This document shows, one piece after another, positions 8,905-18,767 of a stretch of DNA of 64,000 nt; position 1 is the first letter of the stretch, and each line of letters opens with the position of its first letter. The DNA is taken from positions 72,751 to 136,750 of the forward strand of contig JAEOTO010000006.1 of assembly GCA_016839805.1 (NCBI GenBank), written 5' to 3'. The notes beneath the pieces were generated by a model. It did no database searches and was not told the origin of the DNA. It saw only the letters and a program-made list of their open reading frames with translations. The DNA comes from Candidatus Hermodarchaeota archaeon. GTDB lineage: Archaea; Asgardarchaeota; Hermodarchaeia; Hermodarchaeales; Hermodarchaeaceae. The position numbers were made by a program, and so were the translations under genes.

Positions 8905-10122
8905 ATGCCAGACAATACATTACGTAATAACCTCGTGACCGAACGCACTAAGACAATTCATTATGCTATTCGTGATGTTGTAGTTGCTGCGAAAAAACTT
9001 GAAGCCAAAGGTCAAAAAATCACGTTTCTAAACATAGGTGATCCTATCGTCTATGACTTTGAAACTCCACACTTCATGATCGAAGCCTTTTGCAAGGCTG
9101 CAAAACAAGGGTTTAATGGATATTCTGCCTCGCAGGGAATCCCTGAGTTCCGTGAGGCTGTTGTTGAAAAGGAGAAACGAATCAACCAGGTCTCAATTCT
9201 CGCGCAAGATGTCATCGCAACTGCTGGAATTTCCGAAGGGATTCAAATGATGATGGCAGCTCTTGTCCACCCTAAATCCGAGGTATTAGTCCCCGGACCA
9301 ACTTATCCACCTTATCTCGCATTTGTCAGGTTCTTTAATGGAAAAGCAGTCACCTATCGTTGTATCGAAACCGAAGGGTGGCGACCAGATATCGAAGATA
9401 TACGCGCCAAAATCTCCGATAAAACTGCTGCCATGGTGCTCATCAATCCTAACAACCCTACTGGCGCGATTTATCCCCCCAAAACCCTCCAAGCTTTCAT
9501 CGATCTTGCTGGCGAATACAGGATTCCCCTTATTTCCGATGAGGTTTATGACCGCTTAACCTATGATCAAACGGCAGCGAGTACGGCTTCTCTAGCGAAG
9601 GATGTCCCTATCATCGGTTTTAATGGACTATCCAAAGTATTTCTTGTTCCTGGATGGCGGATTGGTTACATGTACTTCCATCATCAAAACCAGGAATTGA
9701 ACGAGCTCAAAGAACACATACTCAAACAAGCCCGAATCCGCATTTGCACTAACGCTCCTGCCCAATATGCAGCAGCTACTGCCTTGCACGAATCAGATGC
9801 CTATCTTCAGGATGTATTATCCCGTCTTCGAGAACGCCGAGATCTTGTCTGGAACCGCCTCAACGAAATTAACGGAATTTCTGCAACCAAGCCTGAAGGG
9901 GCTTTCTACATTTTTCCCAGTATCGATTTACAGAAAAGATGGTCAACAGATGAAGCGTTCGTCATGGCCCTGCTAAAAGAAACTGGTGTTTTAGTTGTTC
10001 ATGGTTCAGGCTTTGATCCCATTTTTGGTGCTGGACATTTTCGTTTAGTTTTTCTCGCTCCGCCAACTACACTCAACTCAGCGTTGAATGCCATTCAGCG
10101 GTTCGTTGAAAAAAGTCACTAA
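8905..10122 (+). CDS. class I/II PLP aminotransferase (alanine aminotransferase-like)
   Basis: LNIGDP, INPNNPTG, ISDEVYD, GLSKVFLVPGWRIG, PEGAFY. Confidence 0.9.
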   Translation: MPDNTLRNNLVTERTKTIHYAIRDVVVAAKKLEAKGQKITFLNIGDPIVYDFETPHFMIEAFCKAAKQGFNGYSASQGIPEFREAVVEKEKRINQVSILAQDVIATAGISEGIQMMMAALVHPKSEVLVPGPTYPPYLAFVRFFNGKAVTYRCIETEGWRPDIEDIRAKISDKTAAMVLINPNNPTGAIYPPKTLQAFIDLAGEYRIPLISDEVYDRLTYDQTAASTASLAKDVPIIGFNGLSKVFLVPGWRIGYMYFHHQNQELNELKEHILKQARIRICTNAPAQYAAATALHESDAYLQDVLSRLRERRDLVWNRLNEINGISATKPEGAFYIFPSIDLQKRWSTDEAFVMALLKETGVLVVHGSGFDPIFGAGHFRLVFLAPPTTLNSALNAIQRFVEKSH

Positions 10123-10137
10123 ATATCATACTCGCAT

Positions 10138-10443
10138 TTAAGGGGGTTGTGAGCTGGACTCCGGATCTGATGGTCCAGCTGTATTTATCCTCGCCTCTTG
10201 AACCATCCGACCAATCGCACCAAACATTCGCTCAGGAGAGAATTGTGGCATACTGACATTGTTTTGAATAGCATTGAAAATCTCGTTATGATTCAAGTCT
10301 GTCATCAATGGAGTAGTTGCGATTTCGGTTTTGCCCCGGAAAATCCGTATTGCCCAGCGATCTCCAATACGACCCAGTTCTACAAGATAGGATGTCAGTG
10401 GGAGTAGGTATTTCTGGGTGATAGGTTGGTATTCTTGGGACAT
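10138..10443 (-). CDS. hypothetical protein
   Basis: 101-aa ORF, GAGG SD, no recognised motif. Confidence 0.6.
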   Translation of the reverse strand: MSQEYQPITQKYLLPLTSYLVELGRIGDRWAIRIFRGKTEIATTPLMTDLNHNEIFNAIQNNVSMPQFSPERMFGAIGRMVQEARINTAGPSDPESSSQPP

Positions 10444-10508
10444 GAACTGTCGCCTCTATCTATCGTATCCACCCATATGGGCTAAAAAGCCTTTGTGCAC
10501 TTGTTTTT

Positions 10509-11759
10509 CTAAGACTTAGGTGTTGAACCTTCAACAAGGACTGTCTGTACTGCTTCGGGAAACTCGATAGTGATGTCATTTCGAGTCACCTTTGATAACG
10601 ACTTTTGAAGACGTTTTTGAAGAGTCTTCAGCTGTGAAGAAATCCTTTTGATTTGTTCTTTATTATGAGTTAATTCCGATTTTACATCGCGATGTTCCCA
10701 TTGCGCCCGTTCTAATGACTTTTCTAATTCCCGCCGCTCATCAGAAGACACTGAAGCTTTCAAATCGGTTTTCCGTGACTCAAGATTAGTAAAACGATGC
10801 CGATACTCATCCAATGACCCTTTCTCACATATCTCCTCTTTACGCTCCAACACTTTCCTTTCTAAGCTAGCTTTAAATTTGATTTTACTCCCTTGCAAAG
10901 CTTCTGCCAAGGCCCTCAATCCCGCCTTTAATTTCTCCAAGGATTCTGTATCATTTTGAAAAGCCTGCCACGGATCTGCCGAATATGCATCAGCTCCTTC
11001 ACCTGCTGTTGATGAAATCATCACAGCTCGTCCAGCAGCTTGACTTAATTTCTTGAACGGTTTTTTCAAAAAGTTCAGCTGGTTGGTGACAATCATCCGA
11101 ACGCTGTCAATTTCCTTCCCAATCCCATCAATCTCATCCAGCCCTGAATCCATACGAAACTGCTCAATATCCCCCTTCTGTTCCTCAATCTTTCCTACCT
11201 TTTCCTCCTCCACCTTTTCAAGCTCAGACAATTGCTCTACCAACGACAATAACTGACGAGACCTGTACTCAATCTCCTCTACTTCTCCCCCAATCTGATC
11301 CAATTGCTTCGGTACCTTTTCCTTCTCCCAAATCTTTCGAATCTTCTGGTAACTCTGTCCCACCACCCGAAACTGGTAATCAAACTCTTTGACAATCTTC
11401 TTATGGACTTTTGGCAACCGCGGAATATACCGTCTTCCAGCATCCGTAGCTTCGCGCAAATAGTCCTCTAAATCATCTAACAATTCCTGAACCGACGAAT
11501 AGATAATTTCTTCAGGAATCATCATATCTTCAGCAATACTCTTTAACCGACTTGACAACTTTGCCGCGGCTCCAGGCACTGTCAACTCTCCATCAATTAC
11601 AACTTCTGCTAAAAGTTGATCCGAGGTTTCTACCGTCTTCGCCAAAGCGCCTTCAATCCGATCAGTTTGACGTTTAATGTCCGATCGATAGTTAAAGAGC
11701 AGCTCCTCAGCCCGCTTTTCAAACCATTCCGGTAATTCATATACACCAATCGAAGTCAC
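10509..11759 (-). CDS. coiled-coil hypothetical protein
   Basis: 416 aa, E/K/L-rich heptads, GTG after GAGG. Confidence 0.8.
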   Translation of the reverse strand: MTSIGVYELPEWFEKRAEELLFNYRSDIKRQTDRIEGALAKTVETSDQLLAEVVIDGELTVPGAAAKLSSRLKSIAEDMMIPEEIIYSSVQELLDDLEDYLREATDAGRRYIPRLPKVHKKIVKEFDYQFRVVGQSYQKIRKIWEKEKVPKQLDQIGGEVEEIEYRSRQLLSLVEQLSELEKVEEEKVGKIEEQKGDIEQFRMDSGLDEIDGIGKEIDSVRMIVTNQLNFLKKPFKKLSQAAGRAVMISSTAGEGADAYSADPWQAFQNDTESLEKLKAGLRALAEALQGSKIKFKASLERKVLERKEEICEKGSLDEYRHRFTNLESRKTDLKASVSSDERRELEKSLERAQWEHRDVKSELTHNKEQIKRISSQLKTLQKRLQKSLSKVTRNDITIEFPEAVQTVLVEGSTPKS

Positions 11760-11922
11760 ACTGATATCCTCGCCTCACAAATCAGAAACAAGTATTAAAA
11801 AAACTACCTCAAAGAGAACCTTATACACCCCTACTACACCAAGCAATCCGCCAAAAAGCTTATCAGCGCCCTCCCATAGTCAACAATAGCAGAACCAACG
11901 CATCCTGGGATGTGAGCGGGCA

Positions 11923-12813
11923 ATTATCCATAACGCAATACTTTTCACCATCAGCCCTCGCACAGACGAAGTCGGACTCCAAGCCAACGTCATCTTCCGC
12001 AAACAATACTGGCGCGTCGCCCTCAACGACGACATGATCCGCGAATTCCTCCGCGCCTACAAAGAATTCATGAGCCACGTCCAAAGTACCGACATCCCCA
12101 CCCTCCCCATCCACATCCAAGGCGCCAAATACATCTTCACCAACATCGAAGACCTCCTCCTCGTCTTCATCAGCCACATGCAAGACGAAGACAACCGCGT
12201 CGCCGAAAAAGTCAAAACCGCCCTCCGCATGCTCGTCGGCAAATACGGCACCGAACACATCAAAGAACTCGGCAACAACGACACCGCCGAACCCATCGAA
12301 GACCTCATTGACAACTACATCATGAGCAAACTCAAAGTCAGCCTCGTCGGCGAAGGCGGCGTCGGCAAAACCACCCTCCTCCGCCTCCTCAAAGGCAGCG
12401 CCCCACCCACCGAATACGTCCCCACCATCGCTCTCAGCATCGAACAAATCGAAGCCACCCGCTACGGAACCTACTCAATAATTTTATGGGACTTCGCAGG
12501 ACAAGAGCGGTTTCGCCGGCTCTGGACCATTTATTTCAGGGGCTCAGACATCGTATTCATCATCACCGACTCCACCCTCAACAACGTCATTGCCACAAAA
12601 GAAATCCTAGATGTCATCCGAAAAGACGCACCGGGTGTCCCTGTCTGGGCGATTGCCAACAAACAAGACCTCGAAGGCGCCCTCAGCCCCGAACTCGTCG
12701 AACGCATCCTCGGCATCCCCGCCTTCGGCATGGTCGCCATCGACCAAACCCGCAAAGAAGAAATGCTCCAAATTTTGCTCGATGCCGTCGATCGCTACAT
12801 CGGGACGGAATAA
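11923..12813 (+). CDS. longin-like domain + Arf-like small GTPase fusion
   Basis: G1 GEGGVGKTT, G2 YVPTI, G3 WDFAGQERFR, G4 NKQD. Frame is open upstream of track ATG 12034 to a TAG at 11887; IIHNAILF...KQYW aligns with MIHNVFIM...RQYW of the paralog at 17120, so the start is placed at ATT 11923. Confidence 0.85.
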   Translation: MIHNAILFTISPRTDEVGLQANVIFRKQYWRVALNDDMIREFLRAYKEFMSHVQSTDIPTLPIHIQGAKYIFTNIEDLLLVFISHMQDEDNRVAEKVKTALRMLVGKYGTEHIKELGNNDTAEPIEDLIDNYIMSKLKVSLVGEGGVGKTTLLRLLKGSAPPTEYVPTIALSIEQIEATRYGTYSIILWDFAGQERFRRLWTIYFRGSDIVFIITDSTLNNVIATKEILDVIRKDAPGVPVWAIANKQDLEGALSPELVERILGIPAFGMVAIDQTRKEEMLQILLDAVDRYIGTE

Positions 12814-13003
12814 AGACTATCACTTTAATTCAGACTAGTCACTTGTTTCATGTAATTCTCCCAAGTACTCCGATAGAAATTCTAAGCGCATGTCTTGATC
12901 AGGCTTGGGTCATGGTCTTCCATCGTTGCGTAGGTTAAGCGGTGAACGCTTTTGTGTTGCCTCCTGCCATCAAGTTATAAGTTGGAACTTGAAAGGTAAC
13001 TTT

Positions 13004-13360
13004 GTGACTGATCCGATGATTGTTTATTGTGGTCTTAACTGCAGTGAATGCCCTGCCTTTATTGCTTATCAAACTGATGATGATGCATTACGGAAAGAAA
13101 CGGCGAAAAAGTGGTCAACACCGGATCATCCGGTTTCTGTTGAAGACATAAATTGTATGGGATGCAAATCAACGGAACCTCCTATCCATAGTTTTTGTTC
13201 AAAATGTGAAGTCCGAAGTTGTGCCATTGAACATGAGGTCGAAACTTGTACCCATTGCCCAGAATACTCTTGTGAAAAACTCGATAAAATAATCGAAATG
13301 GTTGGCGATGAAGCAAGAAATCGACTCGAAAACATACGGAAACAGTTGTCTAAATCCTAA
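13004..13360 (+). CDS. DUF3795-like Cys-rich protein
   Basis: YCGLNCSECP, CMGC, CSKCEVRSCA, CTHCPEYSC; GTG 13004 after AAGGT. Confidence 0.85.
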   Translation: MTDPMIVYCGLNCSECPAFIAYQTDDDALRKETAKKWSTPDHPVSVEDINCMGCKSTEPPIHSFCSKCEVRSCAIEHEVETCTHCPEYSCEKLDKIIEMVGDEARNRLENIRKQLSKS

Positions 13361-13504
13361 ATTTGTTACCGAAAAAAACTGCTGAACTATTTGAGAGGAA
13401 GCCTTGTTGTTTGGGTGCTCTTTTTTCGGATTGGTTTATTCGAAATGAATTTTATTGGCTAATAGGTGCGTCTTCTGAATTCGAAACGTGGAGAATGTAT
13501 AAAG

Positions 13505-13921
13505 ATGGAACCAAGTAGGCTGGCTCGTCGGCTTGGAATGGCACTGATTGCCTGGAGTATTACAAGTATTGTTATTGGTTTGGTGTTACTGTTTGTTCCG
13601 ATTAGTGTGCTTCAGGGGATTGGTCTACAAGCATTGCTGTGGGGTATTATTGATGCTATAATCGCGGTGGTGGGGGTCTTCAGGAAGCAGGAGCAATCAG
13701 CGGACAAAGCGACGCGGTTTCTGAGAATTAACGTGTTTTTGGATGTCGGCTATCAGCTTGTGGGAATTCTGTTGATTGTGTTTTTGTGGCAAGATGCGTT
13801 CCTGTTAGGGAATGGGATTGGTATCATAATCCAAGGGGCGTTTTTGTTCGTATTGGATCTGTACTTTTACCGAAAATTTAGAAACATGGACATATCTACG
13901 CCTTCAAATAATGGAATGTGA
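13505..13921 (+). CDS. 4-TM membrane protein (DUF6992-like)
   Basis: WGIIDAIIA, INVFLDVGY, GIIIQGAFLFVLD; four hydrophobic segments. Confidence 0.7.
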   Translation: MEPSRLARRLGMALIAWSITSIVIGLVLLFVPISVLQGIGLQALLWGIIDAIIAVVGVFRKQEQSADKATRFLRINVFLDVGYQLVGILLIVFLWQDAFLLGNGIGIIIQGAFLFVLDLYFYRKFRNMDISTPSNNGM

Positions 13922-14025
13922 TTAAAAAATCCACAGCTTTAGCTCCGTAGTTGAAAAAAATAAGTCTGGAAGACGTCGGGTTGTTCTATTACAGATTTTT
14001 GTGCTAATTGTGACTTAGATTAAGT

Positions 14026-14601
14026 ATGGATAAGTTGTCAGAGCTTCCTGATCGGCTTGAAGCAGAACGCGTAGTAGTTAGGCGTTACCAGCAAGGCGAT
14101 GGCAAAGCGCTGTTCGCCCTTCTTGAACGGAATAATAATCGTGAGTTTCTTCACGCGAATGTGGAGGAGGTTGCCTCGCTTGCCACGGTGAGAGACGCAG
14201 AGACTAAGGTTCAACGGCATATCACTGAATGGGTAGCGCGAGAACGTTTTGTTATGGGAATCTGGTTAAAATCAGATCTGAACTATGTGGGAGAGATATG
14301 GATTGAACCAAAGCGATGGGAGGTTCCCTCCTTTGAACTGGGATGGTTTTTAGATCAAGGTTATCAGGGAAAGGGACTCGCCACTGAAGCAGCCAAGCGG
14401 GCGTTGGGATTCCTGTTTTCTGATTTACATGCCCACAAAGTCATTGTCATTACACGGGATACGAACCAAAGAAGCGCGAAATTAGCTGAGCGTTTAGGAT
14501 TTACAAAAGAGGGACATTTTCGTGAATGCAGAGCAGAAAATGGCATTCACTATGGTCTGGTCTATTATGGACTGCTCAAAACAGAATTTTCCCATGAATA
14601 A
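14026..14601 (+). CDS. GNAT N-acetyltransferase, RimJ/RimL type
   Basis: ELGWFLDQGYQGKGLATEA, NQRSAKLAERLGFTKEG. Confidence 0.9.
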   Translation: MDKLSELPDRLEAERVVVRRYQQGDGKALFALLERNNNREFLHANVEEVASLATVRDAETKVQRHITEWVARERFVMGIWLKSDLNYVGEIWIEPKRWEVPSFELGWFLDQGYQGKGLATEAAKRALGFLFSDLHAHKVIVITRDTNQRSAKLAERLGFTKEGHFRECRAENGIHYGLVYYGLLKTEFSHE

Positions 14602-14702
14602 TACTCCAGTGACAAAGAGTTGACTTCAAACACATTTACGACTTCCGTGTGAATAATTACGTATTTGTAATCACCGACTGCTAGCCCTTATCCTAAAAAG
14701 GA

Positions 14703-15368
14703 ATGGTGAGTAGAATTATTGGGGAGACTCTTTTGTCTATTGGAAATGTTGATGGGCTTATCCAAGAGTGGAGAAGAGATAAAAAGCGGAGGTCTAGGAG
14801 GGGAACGTTTGCTCAGGATCCGAAGGGCTACCAGCAGTTCGTTGCTACAGTAGCGGGTCAATATCTTCCAAAGATCAGAGCTTTCCTTACGTCGGATTAC
14901 CATGATCGAAAAGCGGCTCTTAAGACGTGGAGAGAGCTTATCGCTGAGTTTGGGGAGGATATGAGGATGTTGGATGCATTTGATCCAACTGGTAACACTC
15001 AGTTCTTCGCTGCCATTGTCACTGCTCAGGGAGCCCTGCGAGATAAGGAGGCTAAGAAGGCATTTGAGCAATCGAAAAAAGAGCCTAGTGACGCCTTCGG
15101 GAATCCTGAATTCATCAGCAGTATAGCAGCTTCAATCGACACAATTCTCGATCAGACGTTCCATGCGATGCGGGGGATGATTGGCAAGGATTTACGGCGC
15201 TCATTGATTAGAAAAGCTTCCCAGAAGCTGCATAATACCTTAGCACAAGGATTGGTTGAAGCCATTAATGATCTAACTGCTCTTCTTCTCCCCTCGTTGG
15301 TCATTGTAGAAATGGAATTAGAGAAATTCCACATTAAGAAACTGAAGGTTCCTGAACGGGGTCAGTGA
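14703..15368 (+). CDS. hypothetical helical protein
   Basis: 221-aa ORF, no recognised motif. Confidence 0.7.
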   Translation: MVSRIIGETLLSIGNVDGLIQEWRRDKKRRSRRGTFAQDPKGYQQFVATVAGQYLPKIRAFLTSDYHDRKAALKTWRELIAEFGEDMRMLDAFDPTGNTQFFAAIVTAQGALRDKEAKKAFEQSKKEPSDAFGNPEFISSIAASIDTILDQTFHAMRGMIGKDLRRSLIRKASQKLHNTLAQGLVEAINDLTALLLPSLVIVEMELEKFHIKKLKVPERGQ

Positions 15369-15544
15369 ATAGATTCTAAGTATTTTTCTCCGATCCACTA
15401 TTTGCCGTTTTATTAACATTAACTAGGTAGGTTTATTTTTCATCATAAAACTGAGCGAAGTTAACACTAGGTAGCCGAAACCAATACATACAAATCATGC
15501 TTGAATTGTAACGGATTCCACTTACTACTAGGGTGTGCTTTAAA

Positions 15545-15916
15545 ATACCTCGAGTAATAGATTTTGAAATTCCAGCTGATGATATTGAACGTATTACGCA
15601 GTTTTATACGACAGTGTTTGGCTGGAAGATCGAAAAGTGGCCAGGACCAGTAGATCACTGGTTTTTAATTACCGGTGATGATTCGGAGCTAGGAATTAAT
15701 GGTTCCTTTGCAATGCGTGAGGATTTTCCCGAAGGTACTACTGTGAATGTGATTGGTGTGGATGATGTGGACAAGTATGCAGCGTTAGTGGAGGCGCATG
15801 GGGGTCAATTGGTTGGTGACAAGATTGTGATTCCTGGTGTAGGTTGTTATCGCTATTTCAAAGATACCGAAGGGAATCTAATGGGAATGATGCAATAAGA
15901 TTCTTCTTCAAGATAA
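15545..15916 (+). pseudogene. VOC/glyoxalase-family gene, possibly decaying
   Basis: PRVIDFEIPADD...FGWKIEKW...GING...YFKDTEGN. The expected Met codon is ATA (15545) and TAA at 15896 precedes GAT TCT TCT TCA AGA TAA. Confidence 0.55.
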
Positions 15917-16078
15917 TCAGCCAAAAAGTGACATTTTCGGATTCAGTATCTCGGAATGAATGCACCTAATCCGCTATAAGTGCAAAAACCTTTTCTGCGC
16001 CGTTTCTTAACGTTGGTTGAAGCCAAGACATTGAACTTGATTTGGTCTACACAATTCCAGGCTAGAAGGTGAGTTATC

Positions 16079-17098
16079 ATCCCTCGGGGGCTCGTATTAA
16101 GTCATTGGGATACTAAGGAAGGATTAGAAATTTTAGCGAAATTTCCGACCTCCCTGGACTTCGATGTTGAACATCTATCCATGATGTTTTACAGCTGTGC
16201 CCTAGAAGAGCCTGGAACCGTTTTTCAAGTATTTCCAACTAAAGATGTGACAGAAAGGGCAGCAATCACCTGTACACGGACCATCCGAGATGGAGTCGAA
16301 GACGACTTCTGTATCACCGCGTTGCTCACTTCCGAAGAAGAGGGATCTGCTTATGAAGCAATCCTCAACTCTACTCTAAAACGAATTTTAAATGCGAAAA
16401 GTGATTCTCCCAAACGTTCACGCCGCTATCGACAAATTCTCTCAGATAGCTATCGCAAAATTGAACGGCGGGGTGGTTCACGTGACCGCTCATTGTGTCC
16501 CTACAAATATGAACGACCAGTCAAGGGTGATAAACTCACCTCCTATTGCCGTGTCGTGAAAAAACAATGCTATCTCACCATTTACGAAATGTCGGGTTAT
16601 CCCCAATGTCCCCGGTATATTCGGCGTGAACGGCAAATCCAACTCGCTAATGCCCGACGATTAGTACGTGCTGGCATCAACCGTATTCTCGAAGAATACG
16701 ATCAAGAACGACAAAAGTCTAAAAAGCATAAACCAGGAGCCTGGAGCGAACCGGTTCACGCCATCCTCGAGAGGCTATTCGCCATTCTCTCAGTTTCTCC
16801 TGAAACTGAAAACTACTCCCACCGTATTGTTGAACATGTTGGCAAAGAAGGGTTTTTCCAGGGGCATCCTCGTCCAATTATAGCCGCATCAATTGCTTAT
16901 TATAGTGCCAAACAGACCGGTGATTCCTTACCCGAAAACGATATAATCGAACTTGTGGGATGTTCCCGTACTTCCCTACGTCGAAATTACAGGGAACTCC
17001 GAAACCTCCTCGGTTCGGACGATAAAAAACTCCCGCAGCATAAACGACGTCAGCGTCGCACATCAAGACGAGAAAAAGCCGCTACTCGTGCAGAATAA
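16079..17098 (+). CDS. longin/uDENN-like + Cys cluster + TFIIB-cyclin-like fusion protein
   Basis: Frame open upstream of ATG 16181 to TGA 16070: IPRGLVLSHWDTKEGLEILAKFP matches MPRGLSVCRWDDKVGLRIVGVYP of ORF 18768. C-terminus GHPRPIIAASIAYYSAKQTG...IIELVGCSRTSLRRNYREL resembles the second TFIIB cyclin repeat. Confidence 0.75.
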   Translation: MPRGLVLSHWDTKEGLEILAKFPTSLDFDVEHLSMMFYSCALEEPGTVFQVFPTKDVTERAAITCTRTIRDGVEDDFCITALLTSEEEGSAYEAILNSTLKRILNAKSDSPKRSRRYRQILSDSYRKIERRGGSRDRSLCPYKYERPVKGDKLTSYCRVVKKQCYLTIYEMSGYPQCPRYIRRERQIQLANARRLVRAGINRILEEYDQERQKSKKHKPGAWSEPVHAILERLFAILSVSPETENYSHRIVEHVGKEGFFQGHPRPIIAASIAYYSAKQTGDSLPENDIIELVGCSRTSLRRNYRELRNLLGSDDKKLPQHKRRQRRTSRREKAATRAE

Positions 17099-17119
17099 AA
17101 CACAGGAGAATTAACTCGC

Positions 17120-17989
17120 ATGATTCACAACGTCTTCATCATGACCCGCGAAGGACGCATGGCCTTCCACCGTCAATACTGGTCCGTCGATATCACCACC
17201 GAAGATCGACAAGAATTCGTCGCCACTTACAAACACTTCGAAAAAGACCTCGGAGCCACCGTCGACCTCCCCATACATGTTAAAAACAACAAATTCATCT
17301 ACACCGATGCTGGCACTCACCTCCTCCTCGTTTTCGCCGTTGACATCTCCGACGAAGACGAAAAAATCCGAGAACTCCTCAAAAAAACTCGCGAACTCCT
17401 CATCGACAAATACGGTCACGAAATCGACGCCTACATCCAAAAACCCGCTCCCCTAGGCCAAGCCTTCCAAGGCTTCGAAAAAGAACTCGACAGCGTCATC
17501 GTCACCATGCTCAAAATCTGCCTCCTTGGTCAAGGTGGCGTCGGCAAATCCACCATGCTCAAACTACTAACCGCCGACAGCATCCCCGGCGAATACTACC
17601 CCACCATCGCCGTCGACATCGAAACCCTCCAAGGCGTGCGCTTTGGCCCCTACGAACTCGCCGTCTGGGACTTCGCAGGACAAGACCGCTTCCGCTCCCT
17701 CTGGAACTACTACCTCCGGAACGCAGACGCCGTCTTACTCGTCACCGATTCCACCTTGAAAAATGTCTTAGAAACCCGTGATATTTTAGAAATCGTCCGC
17801 AAGAATGCACCCGCCTGCATTGCCTGGGCCATTGCCAACAAACAAGACCTCCCCGGCGCCCTCGCCCCCAAACTCGTCCAACGCATCCTCGGCGTCCAAG
17901 CCTACGGCCTCGTCGCCATCGACCCTCGCTATCGCGAAACCCTCTACAAAATCATCCTCGGCGCCGTCGCTGAAGCCACCACCGATTAA
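17120..17989 (+). CDS. longin-like domain + Arf-like small GTPase fusion
   Basis: MIHNVFIMTREG longin-type start; GQGGVGKST, YYPTI, WDFAGQDRFR, NKQDL. Confidence 0.9.
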   Translation: MIHNVFIMTREGRMAFHRQYWSVDITTEDRQEFVATYKHFEKDLGATVDLPIHVKNNKFIYTDAGTHLLLVFAVDISDEDEKIRELLKKTRELLIDKYGHEIDAYIQKPAPLGQAFQGFEKELDSVIVTMLKICLLGQGGVGKSTMLKLLTADSIPGEYYPTIAVDIETLQGVRFGPYELAVWDFAGQDRFRSLWNYYLRNADAVLLVTDSTLKNVLETRDILEIVRKNAPACIAWAIANKQDLPGALAPKLVQRILGVQAYGLVAIDPRYRETLYKIILGAVAEATTD

Positions 17990-17997
17990 ACAGTGAA

Positions 17998-18531
17998 TTA
18001 TCCCTTTTTTAGCTGGTTTCGTTTTAATTGGATACCTACCATAGGAATTATGGTGATAGTTCCCATTAAAAGAAATACGGCTGCAGATAAAACATATGGA
18101 GTTAGTAACATCAGGAGGGCTCCGGTCACAAAGACCATTATAATGATCAGCATGGCTGCGATCCAAAACCCCGGGAGTTCATGCTTGGACACATACTGCA
18201 TTCGCCATAACGCCCAAACCAGATGAACCACGGCAAACATGACAAACCACCCTAGAATATAATCCAACCACGGAATCACATCCATCGGTAACCATCCATA
18301 CGCAACCCATGAATACGGGCTCAACAAAATAAAAGCTCCAGATACAAGAGCCCCTCCAATCCATGTAGCTAGAGCCAACGGCACAAACAACCATTTACTC
18401 CACCTTTCCACCTCCCTCCCGCCCAACGTCGGTCGAAGTAACCAATTAACCCACAAAGTAAACCCCCAACTCCCAAGTAAAATACAAACAAATGGAAGAA
18501 AGAACGTTAAACCCGGAATCACATTCAACAT
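17998..18531 (-). CDS. multi-pass membrane protein
   Basis: 177 aa, about 5 hydrophobic segments, AGGAG upstream. Confidence 0.75.
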   Translation of the reverse strand: MLNVIPGLTFFLPFVCILLGSWGFTLWVNWLLRPTLGGREVERWSKWLFVPLALATWIGGALVSGAFILLSPYSWVAYGWLPMDVIPWLDYILGWFVMFAVVHLVWALWRMQYVSKHELPGFWIAAMLIIIMVFVTGALLMLLTPYVLSAAVFLLMGTITIIPMVGIQLKRNQLKKG

Positions 18532-18767
18532 CTCCTGAAACCAATTTCTATTCCTTCATTCAAATATCCGTTGGTGTCGACAATTCAACCTAGTAAAACA
18601 GTTCTTATCCCGTTTAGATAAAGAAAGCAGCAACGAATATACACGAAACGGCAACGACGACAAACAAGTTAAATACGGGAAATCCGATAGTCAAAACGAA
18701 GTGCCAATAGGTCACTTTAAGTAATAAAGCTACAGGAAACTTTTAACCAAACGGGAGGCTAAAAGAA

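Noticed and set aside
11863-12447. 194-aa acidic minus-strand ORF (also 4327-4518, 17111-17440, 41392-41637)
   Set aside because: Antisense shadows of C/A-ending codon runs, which lack reverse-strand stops; they overlap well-supported genes.
15896-15898. Stop-codon recoding (Sec/Pyl)
   Set aside because: The codon is TAA, not TGA or TAG; no other in-frame interruptions of conserved genes were seen.
11923-17989. GTPase paralogs as DGR template/variable repeats or gene-conversion pair
   Set aside because: No reverse transcriptase in the window, differences are not adenine-specific, and shared nucleotide blocks are explained by conserved G-motifs plus the same codon skew.
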